From: a virus
Lineage: Duplodnaviria; Caudoviricetes
DNA: 58,047 nt
Reading direction: 5' to 3' (one strand)
IMG/VR virus record: IMGVR_UViG_3300036831_000092
Span: 1 to 58,047 of that record
Of this stretch, positions 29,138 to 39,052 are shown piece by piece. The translations under genes were made by a program, and so were the position numbers. Each line of letters starts with the position of its first letter. The first letter of the stretch is position 1. The notes beneath the pieces were generated by a model that saw nothing but the letters and a program-made list of their open reading frames with translations, made no database searches and was not told the origin of the DNA.

Positions 29138-29491
29138 TCAGTGCCAGTAGAGGGCTACCTTTGTTTTCGGCGGCAGATATTGCAGGTATGCCCAAATCGC
29201 CGATTCAATGTAGGATGGACTTTGCTCTAAAGGTATCTTGCAAAGGTCGCCTGCCAGCACGAACTCGACGGGTTCGCCGTATGGCGTCTCTTGAGTCTCC
29301 CCGTAGCAAGTCCCGTCGAACCCTTCTTGCCTTCCGCTAAAACTGTGAAAGATTTCAGGCACGGGCATCGAGCGCAACTTCCGTATCCTGTCGTGCAGGT
29401 CATAATTAGCGCCCAGTTCAAGAATGGTAAAAGAGAACGCCGAGTCTCCCCGGTCGTAATCGAACGGTAAGAGCCTCAGTTGGACACTCAT
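29138..29491 (-). CDS. Hypothetical protein
   Basis: ATGA-coupled ORF. Confidence 0.55.
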   Translation of the reverse strand: MSVQLRLLPFDYDRGDSAFSFTILELGANYDLHDRIRKLRSMPVPEIFHSFSGRQEGFDGTCYGETQETPYGEPVEFVLAGDLCKIPLEQSPSYIESAIWAYLQYLPPKTKVALYWH

Positions 29492-30261
29492 ATCTTTCTC
29501 AGCACCCCCTCGCAGAGTTTCGGCTCGCCCTCGCCACGGTTAAGCAGGTCGCTGCAAGTCTGGCCTTCCTCGAAACCGAAATAGGTTGATACTCGCCATC
29601 TGCACGCCGGGTTCGTGCAGATGAGCGGCGTTCCTTTCGGCTTCGGTTCGGGCACGTTCCTCGCGGGCCGGGGCGAGCCGATCTTCGACATGGCCTCGCG
29701 CAGCAGTTCGGTCTGACGCCTGACCTCCTCGCGTCTCTCATCTTCGGAGCGTGCGTACTCTTCCTCTTCACGTAGCGTCATTCCCTCGTGCGAACAGCCC
29801 GGCCTCACAGAACCGTCCGGCATCCTTCGGAAACCCGTCCCGAAGCAAGCTTGGCAGGCGTGGACGGCGTTCTCTGGTAGCAGCCGGGTCTTGTTCAACT
29901 CGGCGTGCATCGCCCTAACCCTGACCCATTCCGTAGCCAAGTCGTTGGCAGAGAGCGGCCCCAACTCTTCACCCCGCGCTCTGCGCTCAAGGCGGGTTTG
30001 AATCGCTGCCCGGTAACAGGCGTCGAACTGTTCTGCGGGAACCCCGGCGACGTGGAGGACTTCGAGCCACGCGGCGACCATCTGCGCGTGGTCAGCGTCG
30101 GGTAGGGGCTGCCAGCCCTGCGACGTTCGGTAGCGGTCGAGAATCTGGCCCATCGTCCTCGCCGCCGCCTCCGTCGCCCCCCCGTGCCCATGAGTAGTCC
30201 CGGTTGTTGATCGTGTCGGCGCGAGTCCGTTTTGCGGGTTGCGGTTGATTTCGTTTGTCAT
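29488..30261 (-). CDS. Replication partner (helicase loader/inhibitor-like) with Zn motifs
   Basis: Follows initiator; 'AAWLEVL' helix; CxxCxGTG. Confidence 0.55.
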   Translation of the reverse strand: MTNEINRNPQNGLAPTRSTTGTTHGHGGATEAAARTMGQILDRYRTSQGWQPLPDADHAQMVAAWLEVLHVAGVPAEQFDACYRAAIQTRLERRARGEELGPLSANDLATEWVRVRAMHAELNKTRLLPENAVHACQACFGTGFRRMPDGSVRPGCSHEGMTLREEEEYARSEDERREEVRRQTELLREAMSKIGSPRPARNVPEPKPKGTPLICTNPACRWRVSTYFGFEEGQTCSDLLNRGEGEPKLCEGVLRKI

Positions 30262-31027
30262 TTCCGTTTCCCTTCGCCCTGGCTATCTTTTCGAGCCGCC
30301 CCATGCGCTCCGCGTTTTTGAAAATGAACTGAATCGAGTTGTTGAATTTCCTATCGGGCCAGTCGTCCAAAGCGCACCCGTCTATCACTTTTTTGCAGTA
30401 GGCGACCCCCTTTTCGCCGACCGCGCGGTTGAGCGTTCCCCTGGCCGCTGAGTCAAGCGGGACAGTCTCCACCGCCGCGCAGTAGTGCGCGTGAACCTCC
30501 CGGATTTCCGCCTCCCGTTCCGGCGAGAGGTCGGGCAACCTGCGCGGTTGCGGCGTGTGTATGGCTTTTTGCTGGTTAATTGGGCTGGTTAATTGGGCTG
30601 GTTCAGCCTTTATATGGGACTTGCTATTTTCGCAACTTTGACTTGCTGTTTTCGCAACTTTGACTTGCTGTTTTCGCAACTTTTGCGGCGGGCGTGACTT
30701 GCTATTTTCGCAACTTTGACTTGCTATTTTCGCAACTTCACTCACCAATTTCTGCGCCCCTTCTGTGTACTCCTCAATGCCTTTCAGGAGGTAAGTAACG
30801 CCCCCGTGGAGCAATATCCAGCCCTCTGCTATCAACTCTTTTCGGAGCCGCGTCAGGTAGGTGTAATCGCGCTTCAAATCCCGCGCTGCCGTTCCGAGTG
30901 AGGCTGTACACGTCGGGTTGTCGCGCCCCCCGAATTTGCAGTAGTAGCAGAACAGCACGTAGGCAGACGTACTGATTTCGTGAGAGTCCAGTATGGCCCT
31001 GTCAGCCTGAAACATCAGTTCTCCCAC
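30092..31027 (-). CDS. Replication initiator (lambda O-like)
   Basis: N-terminal wHTH; internal iteron array. Confidence 0.75.
   Translation of the reverse strand: MGELMFQADRAILDSHEISTSAYVLFCYYCKFGGRDNPTCTASLGTAARDLKRDYTYLTRLRKELIAEGWILLHGGVTYLLKGIEEYTEGAQKLVSEVAKIASQSCENSKSRPPQKLRKQQVKVAKTASQSCENSKSHIKAEPAQLTSPINQQKAIHTPQPRRLPDLSPEREAEIREVHAHYCAAVETVPLDSAARGTLNRAVGEKGVAYCKKVIDGCALDDWPDRKFNNSIQFIFKNAERMGRLEKIARAKGNGNDKRNQPQPAKRTRADTINNRDYSWARGGDGGGGEDDGPDSRPLPNVAGLAAPTRR
30618..30739. repeat. Five 22-bp iterons (phage origin)
   Basis: GACTTGCT(A/G)TTTTCGCAACTTT at 30618, 30640, 30662, 30696, 30718 (last ends in C); adjacent 13-bp CTGGTTAATTGGG repeat. Confidence 0.88.
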
Positions 31028-31566
31028 CCCACGTCAAGCACGTAGAACTCTTCGGCGACCTTCCGCCCCGCCGCCAGCCCGTCGCAGTAAGAAAGTGACT
31101 CCTTGAGATCGGACGCGCGTCGGCCCGTGTAGAGTTCCGTCTTATCGAAACCGTGAATGAAGCCAATAACCCAGTAGTGATCTACACCTAAGATTGACGC
31201 GAAATCAGCGATGGGGTTGAAGTGTGAAGGCAGACCATTGAGGAGCGGCGCGAGCGGGCAGCAATGCTTTTGAGTCTGATACGTGCCGGACAAAGCTCCC
31301 CACTCGGTCTCGTATCGCTTCGATCTTTCGTTGTACCTCTTGCCTAAATTCTCGCGCGTGGGGTTGACTGTCTTCACCCCGAAATGGCAGCGGACGAGCA
31401 CGCCCCCTTGTGTCTGCCAGTCGGCGCAGGCGGCAATGATGCGCCCTATTAAATCCTCGTCCGGGATTGAAGAGACGACGGCCTGCTCGCCCTCGTACCA
31501 GTCGAAGAAGGGCGCGAAGTCTCCCGCGCCTGTTTTCGATTTGCGCGCGAGCTGATGACGGCTCAC
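31015..31566 (-). CDS. Hypothetical protein
   Basis: Coupled ORF in early operon. Confidence 0.55.
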   Translation of the reverse strand: MSRHQLARKSKTGAGDFAPFFDWYEGEQAVVSSIPDEDLIGRIIAACADWQTQGGVLVRCHFGVKTVNPTRENLGKRYNERSKRYETEWGALSGTYQTQKHCCPLAPLLNGLPSHFNPIADFASILGVDHYWVIGFIHGFDKTELYTGRRASDLKESLSYCDGLAAGRKVAEEFYVLDVGWEN

Positions 31567-32300
31567 TTGACCTCCATGTCGGAGGCCATGCGCCTCAGTT
31601 CGGCGAGCGCCATGTCTTTAGGCTCTTTGCCCTCATAGTTCTTTCTGAGGAAGCCCGCGATCTCCGCGTCCGTTTTGTAGAGCTCGTTCAACTCGCGGTA
31701 GATGGCCGCCGCCAGGTAGCTGCGCTCCTTCTCATCATCGGGGCCAAGTGCGGAAGCGTCCTCTTTCTTCCGAGCAAGTAGCTTTTCCAGAGACGGGATG
31801 ACCGACCTGCGTAGCTCATCATCCGACTTCTTCGCCGTCCTTGACAGCGCCTCCGCGGTCTTCGCCACGTCGTAGCCTAGAAGCGTGCAAAGCTCCTGCA
31901 CGCGATCTGTCAACTTCCGCCGCTCAGGGCCGTAAGATTTCTCCTGCGGCACGGGGCGCGGCCCCGGAGACACGTCCTCACGGCTCGCTATCCCTTCTTT
32001 GACCTCGTAGCCGAGGAAGGCGAGCGCGCGGCCCACCGCAGCCGTCTCGACTTTTTCAAGGGTGGAGTTGCCCCGCCCGCCCATCCCGCCCGACTCGTCG
32101 GCCATGCCCGAAGAAGTGGGCACGCCGGAGTCGTTCCCGTCGAGGTAGATTTCGCACCTGACCGTCAAAGGCTCGTCCTTGACGACGACCGTGGTGAGCC
32201 TTGCCGTCGGGTGGTCAAGGCGGAACTTCTCGACTCTGGTGTGGACGCCGACGTATGAGTCCAGGTTTCTGTTTCCGCCCCGTTGTGGCTGTGCGCTCAT
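31563..32300 (-). CDS. Single-strand annealing protein (Rad52/Sak-like)
   Basis: 'YVGVHTRVEKFR' and 'LEKVETAAVGRALAFLG'. Confidence 0.7.
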   Translation of the reverse strand: MSAQPQRGGNRNLDSYVGVHTRVEKFRLDHPTARLTTVVVKDEPLTVRCEIYLDGNDSGVPTSSGMADESGGMGGRGNSTLEKVETAAVGRALAFLGYEVKEGIASREDVSPGPRPVPQEKSYGPERRKLTDRVQELCTLLGYDVAKTAEALSRTAKKSDDELRRSVIPSLEKLLARKKEDASALGPDDEKERSYLAAAIYRELNELYKTDAEIAGFLRKNYEGKEPKDMALAELRRMASDMEVK

Positions 32301-32660
32301 CTATTTGCCCTCGCGGTTCTCGTAAAATGAAATCCCAGCCCGTGTGATGCGGTATGAATAGACGATTGAGTTCGTCAGCTTTGATGGGCCAACTCTCCGC
32401 TCGCCTTTTTCAACGTAGCCCATTCTTTCAAGCTCGCCCCTGCGTTTTCCAACGGAAGTTTGTTTGATCCCCGTCAACTCGCTCAATTGAAAATCGTCCA
32501 AGCCTTCTGGGTGCTCGTAGTGACATTTGAGTGCGAGCATCCGCCCCGTGGAGACGTGCGGCGCAATCTTCTCAGCGGCCATCAACGACGTGACAGGATC
32601 GGTAGCCCTGACCGCCTCGCGGACGTTGAAGTCTAAGGATGGTTGAGATATGAACGCCAT
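32301..32660 (-). CDS. Winged-HTH phage protein
   Basis: 'RATDPVTS..AA' and 'KRRGELERMGYV'. Confidence 0.7.
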   Translation of the reverse strand: MAFISQPSLDFNVREAVRATDPVTSLMAAEKIAPHVSTGRMLALKCHYEHPEGLDDFQLSELTGIKQTSVGKRRGELERMGYVEKGERRVGPSKLTNSIVYSYRITRAGISFYENREGK

Positions 32661-32908
32661 ACTTCCTCTCACGCGCGAACACGACTCCAAACACGCCTTG
32701 CCCTTCTGTTCCTCTCGTACTCGGCCAGTGCAAACTCCATCTCTTCCCATGTCCTCGTATGGAAGAGGTGGGAGCGGCCTAAGAGGTATGCAAATATGGA
32801 ACGGTAGGCGAGCCAGCCCGAAGGGGCGATGATGATGTATGGTTTCATAGGTAAAACCTCTGCATTAGTCAGCGCGTGGCCCCCTTCGTCTCAACTCCGC
32901 TCTCCGTG

Positions 32909-33769
32909 TTATCTCGTCACTGCGAATACAGTTTCGCGCGGCGGAAGAAGTGGCTTGTCCTCCGGCCCTTTCACGTATGAGTCAACGAATGTCACCCGTG
33001 CGCCGTCCTTCTTCCGCGGCTGATTCAATCGCCGCCAGTGGCCCTTTACAATCCATCGGTGGTGATACTCGCGCTCCGCGTTTGTATGCCAGTCGGAAGG
33101 CTCGCGGCGGCGCAGGTGAATGATGTTAATTTCAGGGACAGGCTTGCCTTCGCGTTGCAGGCGGCGGCGGTCAGGACGCGGTAGCTGCACAGGCTCTTTC
33201 GTGGCGAGTTGCAGCCGCATAAACAACAATCCCGTCAAAAGGCATAAATCCCCGCCCTTTAACTGCTCATTCGGCCTTAACAAAGCAACCGGTCGTAGAT
33301 AGGGAATAGCACGCCCTTCAATCCGGTAATCAAAAACGCCTCCAATAGTAGGTGCGCCGTTTTTGGCATGGGAGAAAACTAATAAAGTGTCAGACTTTGA
33401 ATCCTTCGGCAGTTGCATCCAATTATCATAATCGTGTAGCCCAAAACCCCCATCAGCCACGTACCACAGTTGAGTCAAAGGCCGTTCAGCAATCCCATCG
33501 AACAGCGAGACGGGCGGTGTCGCCCCTGCGAACGCTTCATTCGCACCGCGTACCGCTGTGTTCAACATCTCTTGCGTCCAAATCACAATCTCTGCCCTGC
33601 CAAGCAATCGGGGCATTCGGGCAACAACAACCTCACACATTTCCAGTGCAAATTCGCTAAACGACATTCGGAGCGCTGTGCCTTTAATATCCGAAAGACA
33701 ATGACGCGTCAGGTCGTCGCGTATGACCAAAGCCTCTCTGGCTGCCTCTTGAATGTCCATAACATTCAA
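32909..33769 (-). CDS. Conserved phage hypothetical protein
   Basis: C-terminal 'WIVKGHWR..YVKGP' motif. Confidence 0.65.
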   Translation of the reverse strand: MNVMDIQEAAREALVIRDDLTRHCLSDIKGTALRMSFSEFALEMCEVVVARMPRLLGRAEIVIWTQEMLNTAVRGANEAFAGATPPVSLFDGIAERPLTQLWYVADGGFGLHDYDNWMQLPKDSKSDTLLVFSHAKNGAPTIGGVFDYRIEGRAIPYLRPVALLRPNEQLKGGDLCLLTGLLFMRLQLATKEPVQLPRPDRRRLQREGKPVPEINIIHLRRREPSDWHTNAEREYHHRWIVKGHWRRLNQPRKKDGARVTFVDSYVKGPEDKPLLPPRETVFAVTR

Positions 33770-34093
33770 CCTCCATCTTCACCACAGGGGCGCGCGACTA
33801 ACGCGCGGAGTCCGCCGGATTCTGCGGAAGAGTGTTTTGCCCCATTTCCACAATCTCAAACGTCACCGGCTCGGCTTCTGAGAGTCCCGCCAGCCGCGAC
33901 TCGAAGTAGAGTGCTCGACAGTTCGCGCAGATTCGCGTCCAGACGTTTTCCGGCTCCCGCTCGGCCTCGGCTATCCGCGCAACTAGCAATTCAAGGTCAC
34001 TCATAAGTGTTTAACGGGGACGGCGGCCAGAAACCCCCCTTTCCGACGTGCGCGCGGTAAAGCGTCTCGCGCATCTGCGCCGCCCCCGAAGCG

Positions 34094-34384
34094 TTACTCC
34101 TCGATGCAATGGATTTCCCATTCGAGTCTTCGTGAAACGCTGTCAGGATGCCAGCGTGGACTTTCTTTCACTTTCCGAACAATGTCTTTTGCGAGTAGCT
34201 TATAACCCGCGTGAAAGGCCGACGCCGCATACTCCAAAGCCGCCGTCTGTGCAAGCGGGTCGTGTGTTATATCCAGCACATACAACTCACAATGCTCATG
34301 CTTGCCGCCAACGTCGTCTGCGCCATCCGTGCGTTCGATTCGATACTTCTCTATCCAACCAACTTTCTTTTTGTCGTAGCTCAT
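34094..34384 (-). CDS. Hypothetical protein
   Basis: GAGG RBS; 'KYRIERTDG..VLD..DP.A..A..YA'. Confidence 0.6.
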   Translation of the reverse strand: MSYDKKKVGWIEKYRIERTDGADDVGGKHEHCELYVLDITHDPLAQTAALEYAASAFHAGYKLLAKDIVRKVKESPRWHPDSVSRRLEWEIHCIEE

Positions 34385-34706
34385 AATTACCTCGCAAAAG
34401 AAGTCTTCTGCGTTTTCAACGCGGGGAGCCTGCACCGGGAAACTCCTGAAGTAGATGAGCGGGGCGCTCGGAATAACGCCCCGCCCGGCGTCTATCACTC
34501 GCCCGATTTCGGGATGTTGCGAAGACACGCCATCGCGTTAGCCGCGTTGCACGCCGCCTGCGAAAACTGCAGGGCGTCGTTTGAATCTTCAGCCTCCGCA
34601 GCCTTCTTCACCAACGATTCAACTTCTTTACTAACATCTATGTTTTCCATCGGGTTCTACCTCCGAAAAGAAGCGCCGCATTGAACGGGAGCGGCGGTTG
34701 CCCGTG

Positions 34707-35054
34707 TTAGCTAGACGCCTCACCCGGCGCGGAACTGGAAGCCGCCGATTCGACGCCGATGGTCGCCGAGTCGGAGACGAGCGCCTTGATGCGGTCTATC
34801 TCGGCGGTCAAGTCCGGCCCTGCCGCCGGATGCGCCTTCAGGTCTTCGAGTGCTTGAATGATTGCCGCGTCCCTCTGCTTGGCCGACGCCTCGGCCTGCT
34901 CCTCTTGGGTGATTACGTCGTCCAACTGCTGCTTCTGATCTTGCTGGTTTGCCGACATTCTTTTGATCTCCTTTGAAATTGAATTTAGTTTGGCAACCGC
35001 GTAAGCGAGTGCCGCGAAGGTTGCGAGTGCCGCCAGTGTTTTTAGTGGCTTCAT
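34707..35054 (-). CDS. Membrane-anchored coiled-coil protein
   Basis: N-terminal hydrophobic helix followed by Q/E/A coil. Confidence 0.55.
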   Translation of the reverse strand: MKPLKTLAALATFAALAYAVAKLNSISKEIKRMSANQQDQKQQLDDVITQEEQAEASAKQRDAAIIQALEDLKAHPAAGPDLTAEIDRIKALVSDSATIGVESAASSSAPGEASS

Positions 35055-35073
35055 AAAAATAGGCGCGGACGCC

Positions 35074-35655
35074 CTACCGTTTCTCATCCGGCGTAAAGCG
35101 AACGCCCGCGCCGCCTACAGGAGAAGAAAGTTTCTCGTAAACCTGACGTAGCGAGTCAGCCCAAGCCTTTTGTGCTTCCGCGATTGACTCCCTCACGTCT
35201 ATCTCCAGCCTCACGTCCTGAAGTGAAAGGGCCACGTCTAAAGCTCTGTTCAGAGGCTCTAGGGCATCTTCAGGTCTTCCGGCTGCCGTGAGGACTCGTC
35301 CGACGTTGTTGTCCACCTCGGCGGCAAGCAATAAATTGCCCTTCTGCTCGTGGTAGAACCTTGAAGCCGTGTAGTGTCCTAAAGCTTTGTCCGTCTTGCC
35401 GAGCAGTTCGTATGTGCGACCCATACCGCACTCGAACTTTGCCGTCAGGGTGTCCCCATACCTGATTGCGGCGGTGTAGTGGGAGGCGAGGAGGTTCAGG
35501 GCGTCACCGGGCCGACCCGAAAGCCTCGGACTCACCGCGAGGTCTTTGACCCACCGGAGTCTCAGCCGCTCACCATTCACGGATAGCAGCCTCTCACGGC
35601 AGAACTCGGCGGCCTCGTCGTATTCCCCCTGAAGGATGAATGTCTCCCACCGCAT
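35074..35655 (-). CDS. TPR-repeat protein (start uncertain; frame open to 36114)
   Basis: TPR-like units 'MGRTYELLGKTDKALGHY' and 'NNVGRVLTAAGRPEDALEPLNRAL'. Confidence 0.75.
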   Translation of the reverse strand: MRWETFILQGEYDEAAEFCRERLLSVNGERLRLRWVKDLAVSPRLSGRPGDALNLLASHYTAAIRYGDTLTAKFECGMGRTYELLGKTDKALGHYTASRFYHEQKGNLLLAAEVDNNVGRVLTAAGRPEDALEPLNRALDVALSLQDVRLEIDVRESIAEAQKAWADSLRQVYEKLSSPVGGAGVRFTPDEKR

Positions 35656-35749
35656 CCACTCCGCGAGGTATTCCGCGTTACAATCTTCCGGGCAGGAAGG
35701 CGCGCGCCTTCCCACGTAGTCAACCACTTGAATTGAAGGAGAAAACCGA

Positions 35750-35956
35750 ATGAGACGATTACTTTCAACTGCGATACTCGTGTGTGCGCTATCAGCCATT
35801 ACACTGGCCGACGGCGGATCGGAGCAGGGCGGCAAGGCGTGCGACCCGGCCACGCAGGTCTGCACGTCCTCGACCAACACGGTTTCGGTCGCGGACGTGA
35901 TTCGCGCGGAGGTCAATGCTCTGTTGGCTTCGCTCGGCATAAGAATTAAGAAGTAA
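35750..35956 (+). CDS. Small secreted peptide precursor
   Basis: GAAGGAG RBS; signal peptide MRRLLSTAILVCALSAITLA; two Cys; amphipathic C-tail. Confidence 0.75.
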   Translation: MRRLLSTAILVCALSAITLADGGSEQGGKACDPATQVCTSSTNTVSVADVIRAEVNALLASLGIRIKK

Positions 35957-36037
35957 CTGGCCGGTCGGTACGCGCGAGGTGTCCCCGCTCTTTCCCCAAA
36001 GCAGAAACTCACTTCGACCGCGCGCCCGACCGAGAAA

Positions 36038-36850
36038 TCAAACGCCGCACATACCTTCACACTCGTTATTGAACATATTGATTTGCCCGCGATCCTCTGC
36101 CGTCGAAAGATCAACCTCTGGCAGAGGTACTAAAGAGCGGTGCAAAAAAGCCTCGCAATCAACGCCCCTTAGTCCCGTGCGGATCATTGCGTCAAACTCA
36201 ACGGCCTCCGCCCATGCCTCTGGTGCGTTGTCTTTCAGGTCGCGCCAGTATTTGTTGTCGTGATAGGGGCAAGCGACGCAGGCCGACTTCTTCGGGACGC
36301 GGTAGCCGTGAGACTCAAGCCAACGGATGCAGTCCGCGCGGCTCATACGCTTCTCAATAAGCGGGTAGCGGTTCAGTTGCCACTTGTGATTCGCGTCCCT
36401 CATGCGCGACGCTTCGTCGGTAGAAATACCTATCCACACTTCAACGGCGTCACCCTTCGGAACTCTCTCGCCTTTAGAGACTCCGAGGAGGCCGCGCAGC
36501 GCGGCCTCAAGGGGCTGAATCTTGAACTCGCGCGTACATTGTCGGCGCAGCATCGCGCCCTTCCCCTGTGGGTTGCGGACGTGGGCCGGAAGGGAGGCGA
36601 ATCGCCTCCCTTCCGTGATGGATTTGATGGTGTGAAGTTTCAGGCTACCGATGCCGACCGTCTCAATGGGGATGATGTGGTTGCCGATGTCTTTCAGATA
36701 TTCGAGGTGTTCATAAACCCACTTCGGTTCAAATTTGGTATCGGCAAAGAAGGCGCATTCCGGCACTTCATTGAAAACGCCATCAACCGCCATCAAGTAG
36801 ACGGTTGATGATTGGACGCCCGCACCTAAACTGATTGCCGTTTTCTTCAT
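36038..36850 (-). CDS. PAPS-reductase-like PP-loop protein
   Basis: SLGAGVQSS, FADT.FE, RQCT..FKI.P, KSACVACPY. Confidence 0.85.
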   Translation of the reverse strand: MKKTAISLGAGVQSSTVYLMAVDGVFNEVPECAFFADTKFEPKWVYEHLEYLKDIGNHIIPIETVGIGSLKLHTIKSITEGRRFASLPAHVRNPQGKGAMLRRQCTREFKIQPLEAALRGLLGVSKGERVPKGDAVEVWIGISTDEASRMRDANHKWQLNRYPLIEKRMSRADCIRWLESHGYRVPKKSACVACPYHDNKYWRDLKDNAPEAWAEAVEFDAMIRTGLRGVDCEAFLHRSLVPLPEVDLSTAEDRGQINMFNNECEGMCGV

Positions 36851-37299
36851 CCGCTGTTCCTCAACTCGCTCTCAACGTCCCTTCGACCAATCGGCACCAC
36901 TTCCGCCCCGGCCACACTCAGGCGTGACGAGAGCGCCGCATGTAGTTTCACCATCGCGGAGTCGGCGTCCTCCTCCGTCCCGTTGACGAAGGTGTTAATC
37001 AGGCCGTGGCAGAGGCGAGTGAGGGCTGCTTTGTCAGGCGTCTTACCCTTTCTACCTTTACCCGCGATGAGGCCCGCGTCCGATTCGAGGAGCGAGCGGA
37101 AGCCCGCGGAAGATTCAGGTTTGTGGATGCAAAGTCCCCGGTGAATGTCTCTGGCGTAGTCGAGATGGTCGGGGTGAGTCCCGGCCAGCATTCCGTAGAC
37201 GTAGGAGAGGGAGAAGCCGGTCACTTCGGCCAGTTGCTTCTGAACGCCGTCAAGGGCTTGCTGCGTGAACTCCGAAGTTGGTTTTTTAGGCTCGAACAT
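36847..37299 (-). CDS. HTH regulator (CII-like?)
   Basis: 'QLAEVTGFSLSYVYGMLAG'. Confidence 0.5.
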   Translation of the reverse strand: MFEPKKPTSEFTQQALDGVQKQLAEVTGFSLSYVYGMLAGTHPDHLDYARDIHRGLCIHKPESSAGFRSLLESDAGLIAGKGRKGKTPDKAALTRLCHGLINTFVNGTEEDADSAMVKLHAALSSRLSVAGAEVVPIGRRDVESELRNSG

Positions 37300-37481
37300 T
37301 GTTGGAATCTTTTCTCGTTTTTCTACTAGAGGGCGGAAATCGCTTTTTGCTACCTTCTCTCTCGCCGGGGAAGTCCGGCACGAACCCAAAAGGGTTTAAG
37401 CGCCCGTCGGCGTCTGGGGGAGGGGGCGGGGAGCCTCGCCCCTTACCAGAACAGGTGTTTGACAAGTTAATAAAGAACAGA

Positions 37482-37760
37482 CTAGAGAGCGTTGGCGGGT
37501 TGCGCGCGTTCGTCGCGCGTACAGTCGTTTGGCGGCACGACCTTCTGCCACTCGCCTTTCATCTTCGAGGCGTCGAACTCGCAGAAAGGTTCGGCTATGT
37601 CGTCCACACGCATACTCCCGTCCGCAGGGTCTTTTGAGAGCGCGAGCATCTTCGGCTCGTAGAGTTCTTCCGGTAGGCCGGGGTAGATGTCTCTGCTGTG
37701 CCTGTACCAGTACCAGCCCGATTCTTGCGGAGTCTCTTTCGACCACAGATATTTGCTCAT
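37482..37760 (-). CDS. Hypothetical phage protein
   Basis: AAGGAG RBS; 'P.ESGWYWYR'. Confidence 0.55.
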   Translation of the reverse strand: MSKYLWSKETPQESGWYWYRHSRDIYPGLPEELYEPKMLALSKDPADGSMRVDDIAEPFCEFDASKMKGEWQKVVPPNDCTRDERAQPANAL

Positions 37761-37794
37761 CGCTTCTCCTTCCCGCTCCGGGGGTAAAAAGGTT

Positions 37795-38223
37795 TCAGGG
37801 GTGATGAAGAACAGAACCGACTAGCGAAACTCCTGAATCCCGCGCGGTCACGCGCGACACTGTTTTGAGTGCGGCGAGGCAGATTGCTAAGGGCGCGGTG
37901 TCGGCCCTAGCCTTTGCCAGCGCATTGCACCACTCGGGCTTGCCGTGCGGCGTGAACGTAGCGTGATAATTGTCCACGGCGTCGTATGGCGTCAGTAGCG
38001 TCAGCCAAAGCCCGCGCGCCGCCATGTGCTTTACCACTTCCCACGCGGCCTTGATGTCGGTCGAGTATTCGGGCACGGGAGAAGTCCAGCGACCGCCATA
38101 CTGTTCGCGGAGAGTTTCGTTGTAGAAGCGATAGTGTTCGCCACGCCGTTCTACCGTCATGTTGAAGAGTCGGCGCTGTATCCAGGCGTCGAGTTTTCTA
38201 CCGACTTTGAGTTCTTCGCTCAT
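37795..38223 (-). CDS. Phage ABA sandwich domain protein
   Basis: 'PEYSTDIKAAWEVV' and 'TAPLAICLAAL'. Confidence 0.75.
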   Translation of the reverse strand: MSEELKVGRKLDAWIQRRLFNMTVERRGEHYRFYNETLREQYGGRWTSPVPEYSTDIKAAWEVVKHMAARGLWLTLLTPYDAVDNYHATFTPHGKPEWCNALAKARADTAPLAICLAALKTVSRVTARDSGVSLVGSVLHHP

Positions 38224-38259
38224 GGCTCTTTACAGTGGGCGGATGAATCCGCCAGTCCG

Positions 38260-38577
38260 TCAGCGGTCAGATTTCGAGGAGGTCACGTGCGCTCCGCCGT
38301 GTTCTTTGAGAAACGCTTTGAGCGTGTCGAGAGGGATGCGCGTTTCAACGTTCGTGAAACCGCCGTCACAAACGACGCGGAGGTAGCCGTCGCCCATCAG
38401 AAGTTTGATGAACTCGTTGTAGTAGGTCTCTACAACGTGGCCCTCGACGATGCCGTTCCCGTCAACGCCCTCTTCGATGTTGTCGGGAAGTTCGGGCGAG
38501 TCGTCGGGTGTGATGATTAGGCCATCGCCGCCCATGAGTACGTTCATTCTGGTGATGTTTTGCGGTTTGCCCATCAC
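38260..38577 (-). CDS. Hypothetical protein
   Basis: AAGGAG RBS. Confidence 0.5.
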   Translation of the reverse strand: MMGKPQNITRMNVLMGGDGLIITPDDSPELPDNIEEGVDGNGIVEGHVVETYYNEFIKLLMGDGYLRVVCDGGFTNVETRIPLDTLKAFLKEHGGAHVTSSKSDR

Positions 38578-38617
38578 TTCTCCTTTAGTCCGGTGTCCGA
38601 GCGAATACGCGCGGAGT

Positions 38618-38905
38618 TCAAAACTGACGGGTGAAAGGTTTTGTCTTCGTCACCCCTGACATCTCTTGCTTCTGCCCGATGTCGAAAATGTTGATGTGGT
38701 GTCGGGCGCGCAGTTCGGCCATAAGTCGCATGTGCTCGGCCCAAACGTCCCCGGTACACTCCTTAACGTGGTGGTCTAAACAGTGCAGACAGATGTCACA
38801 CTTACGAATTGAGTCACAGCGGCAGCGCGGCCCCAAGACGCAGCCCGAATTACTTTCCGGCTCGCCGCAGCAGGGGCAATTTATGTCGCCGCTGATTCTG
38901 CTCAT
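38618..38905 (-). CDS. Cys/His-rich hypothetical protein
   Basis: Multiple CxxC motifs. Confidence 0.5.
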   Translation of the reverse strand: MSRISGDINCPCCGEPESNSGCVLGPRCRCDSIRKCDICLHCLDHHVKECTGDVWAEHMRLMAELRARHHINIFDIGQKQEMSGVTKTKPFTRQF

Positions 38906-39052
38906 TTCCCTAAATTCTTTTCCTCTCCCTTTCGGGTGTCGGGAGAGAGTTCAAGTTCGGTGGTGGATTCGCGGGGAGTCGTCCAGCACGCAGGCCCGAA
39001 GGTTTGCGCCGCAGGCATCCTTACGGGTAGCCCACTCCCCGCGAAGGTTGAA

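Noticed and set aside
30618-30739. Possible CRISPR array
   Set aside because: Repeats are contiguous without unique spacers, lie inside a replication gene, and no cas genes are present
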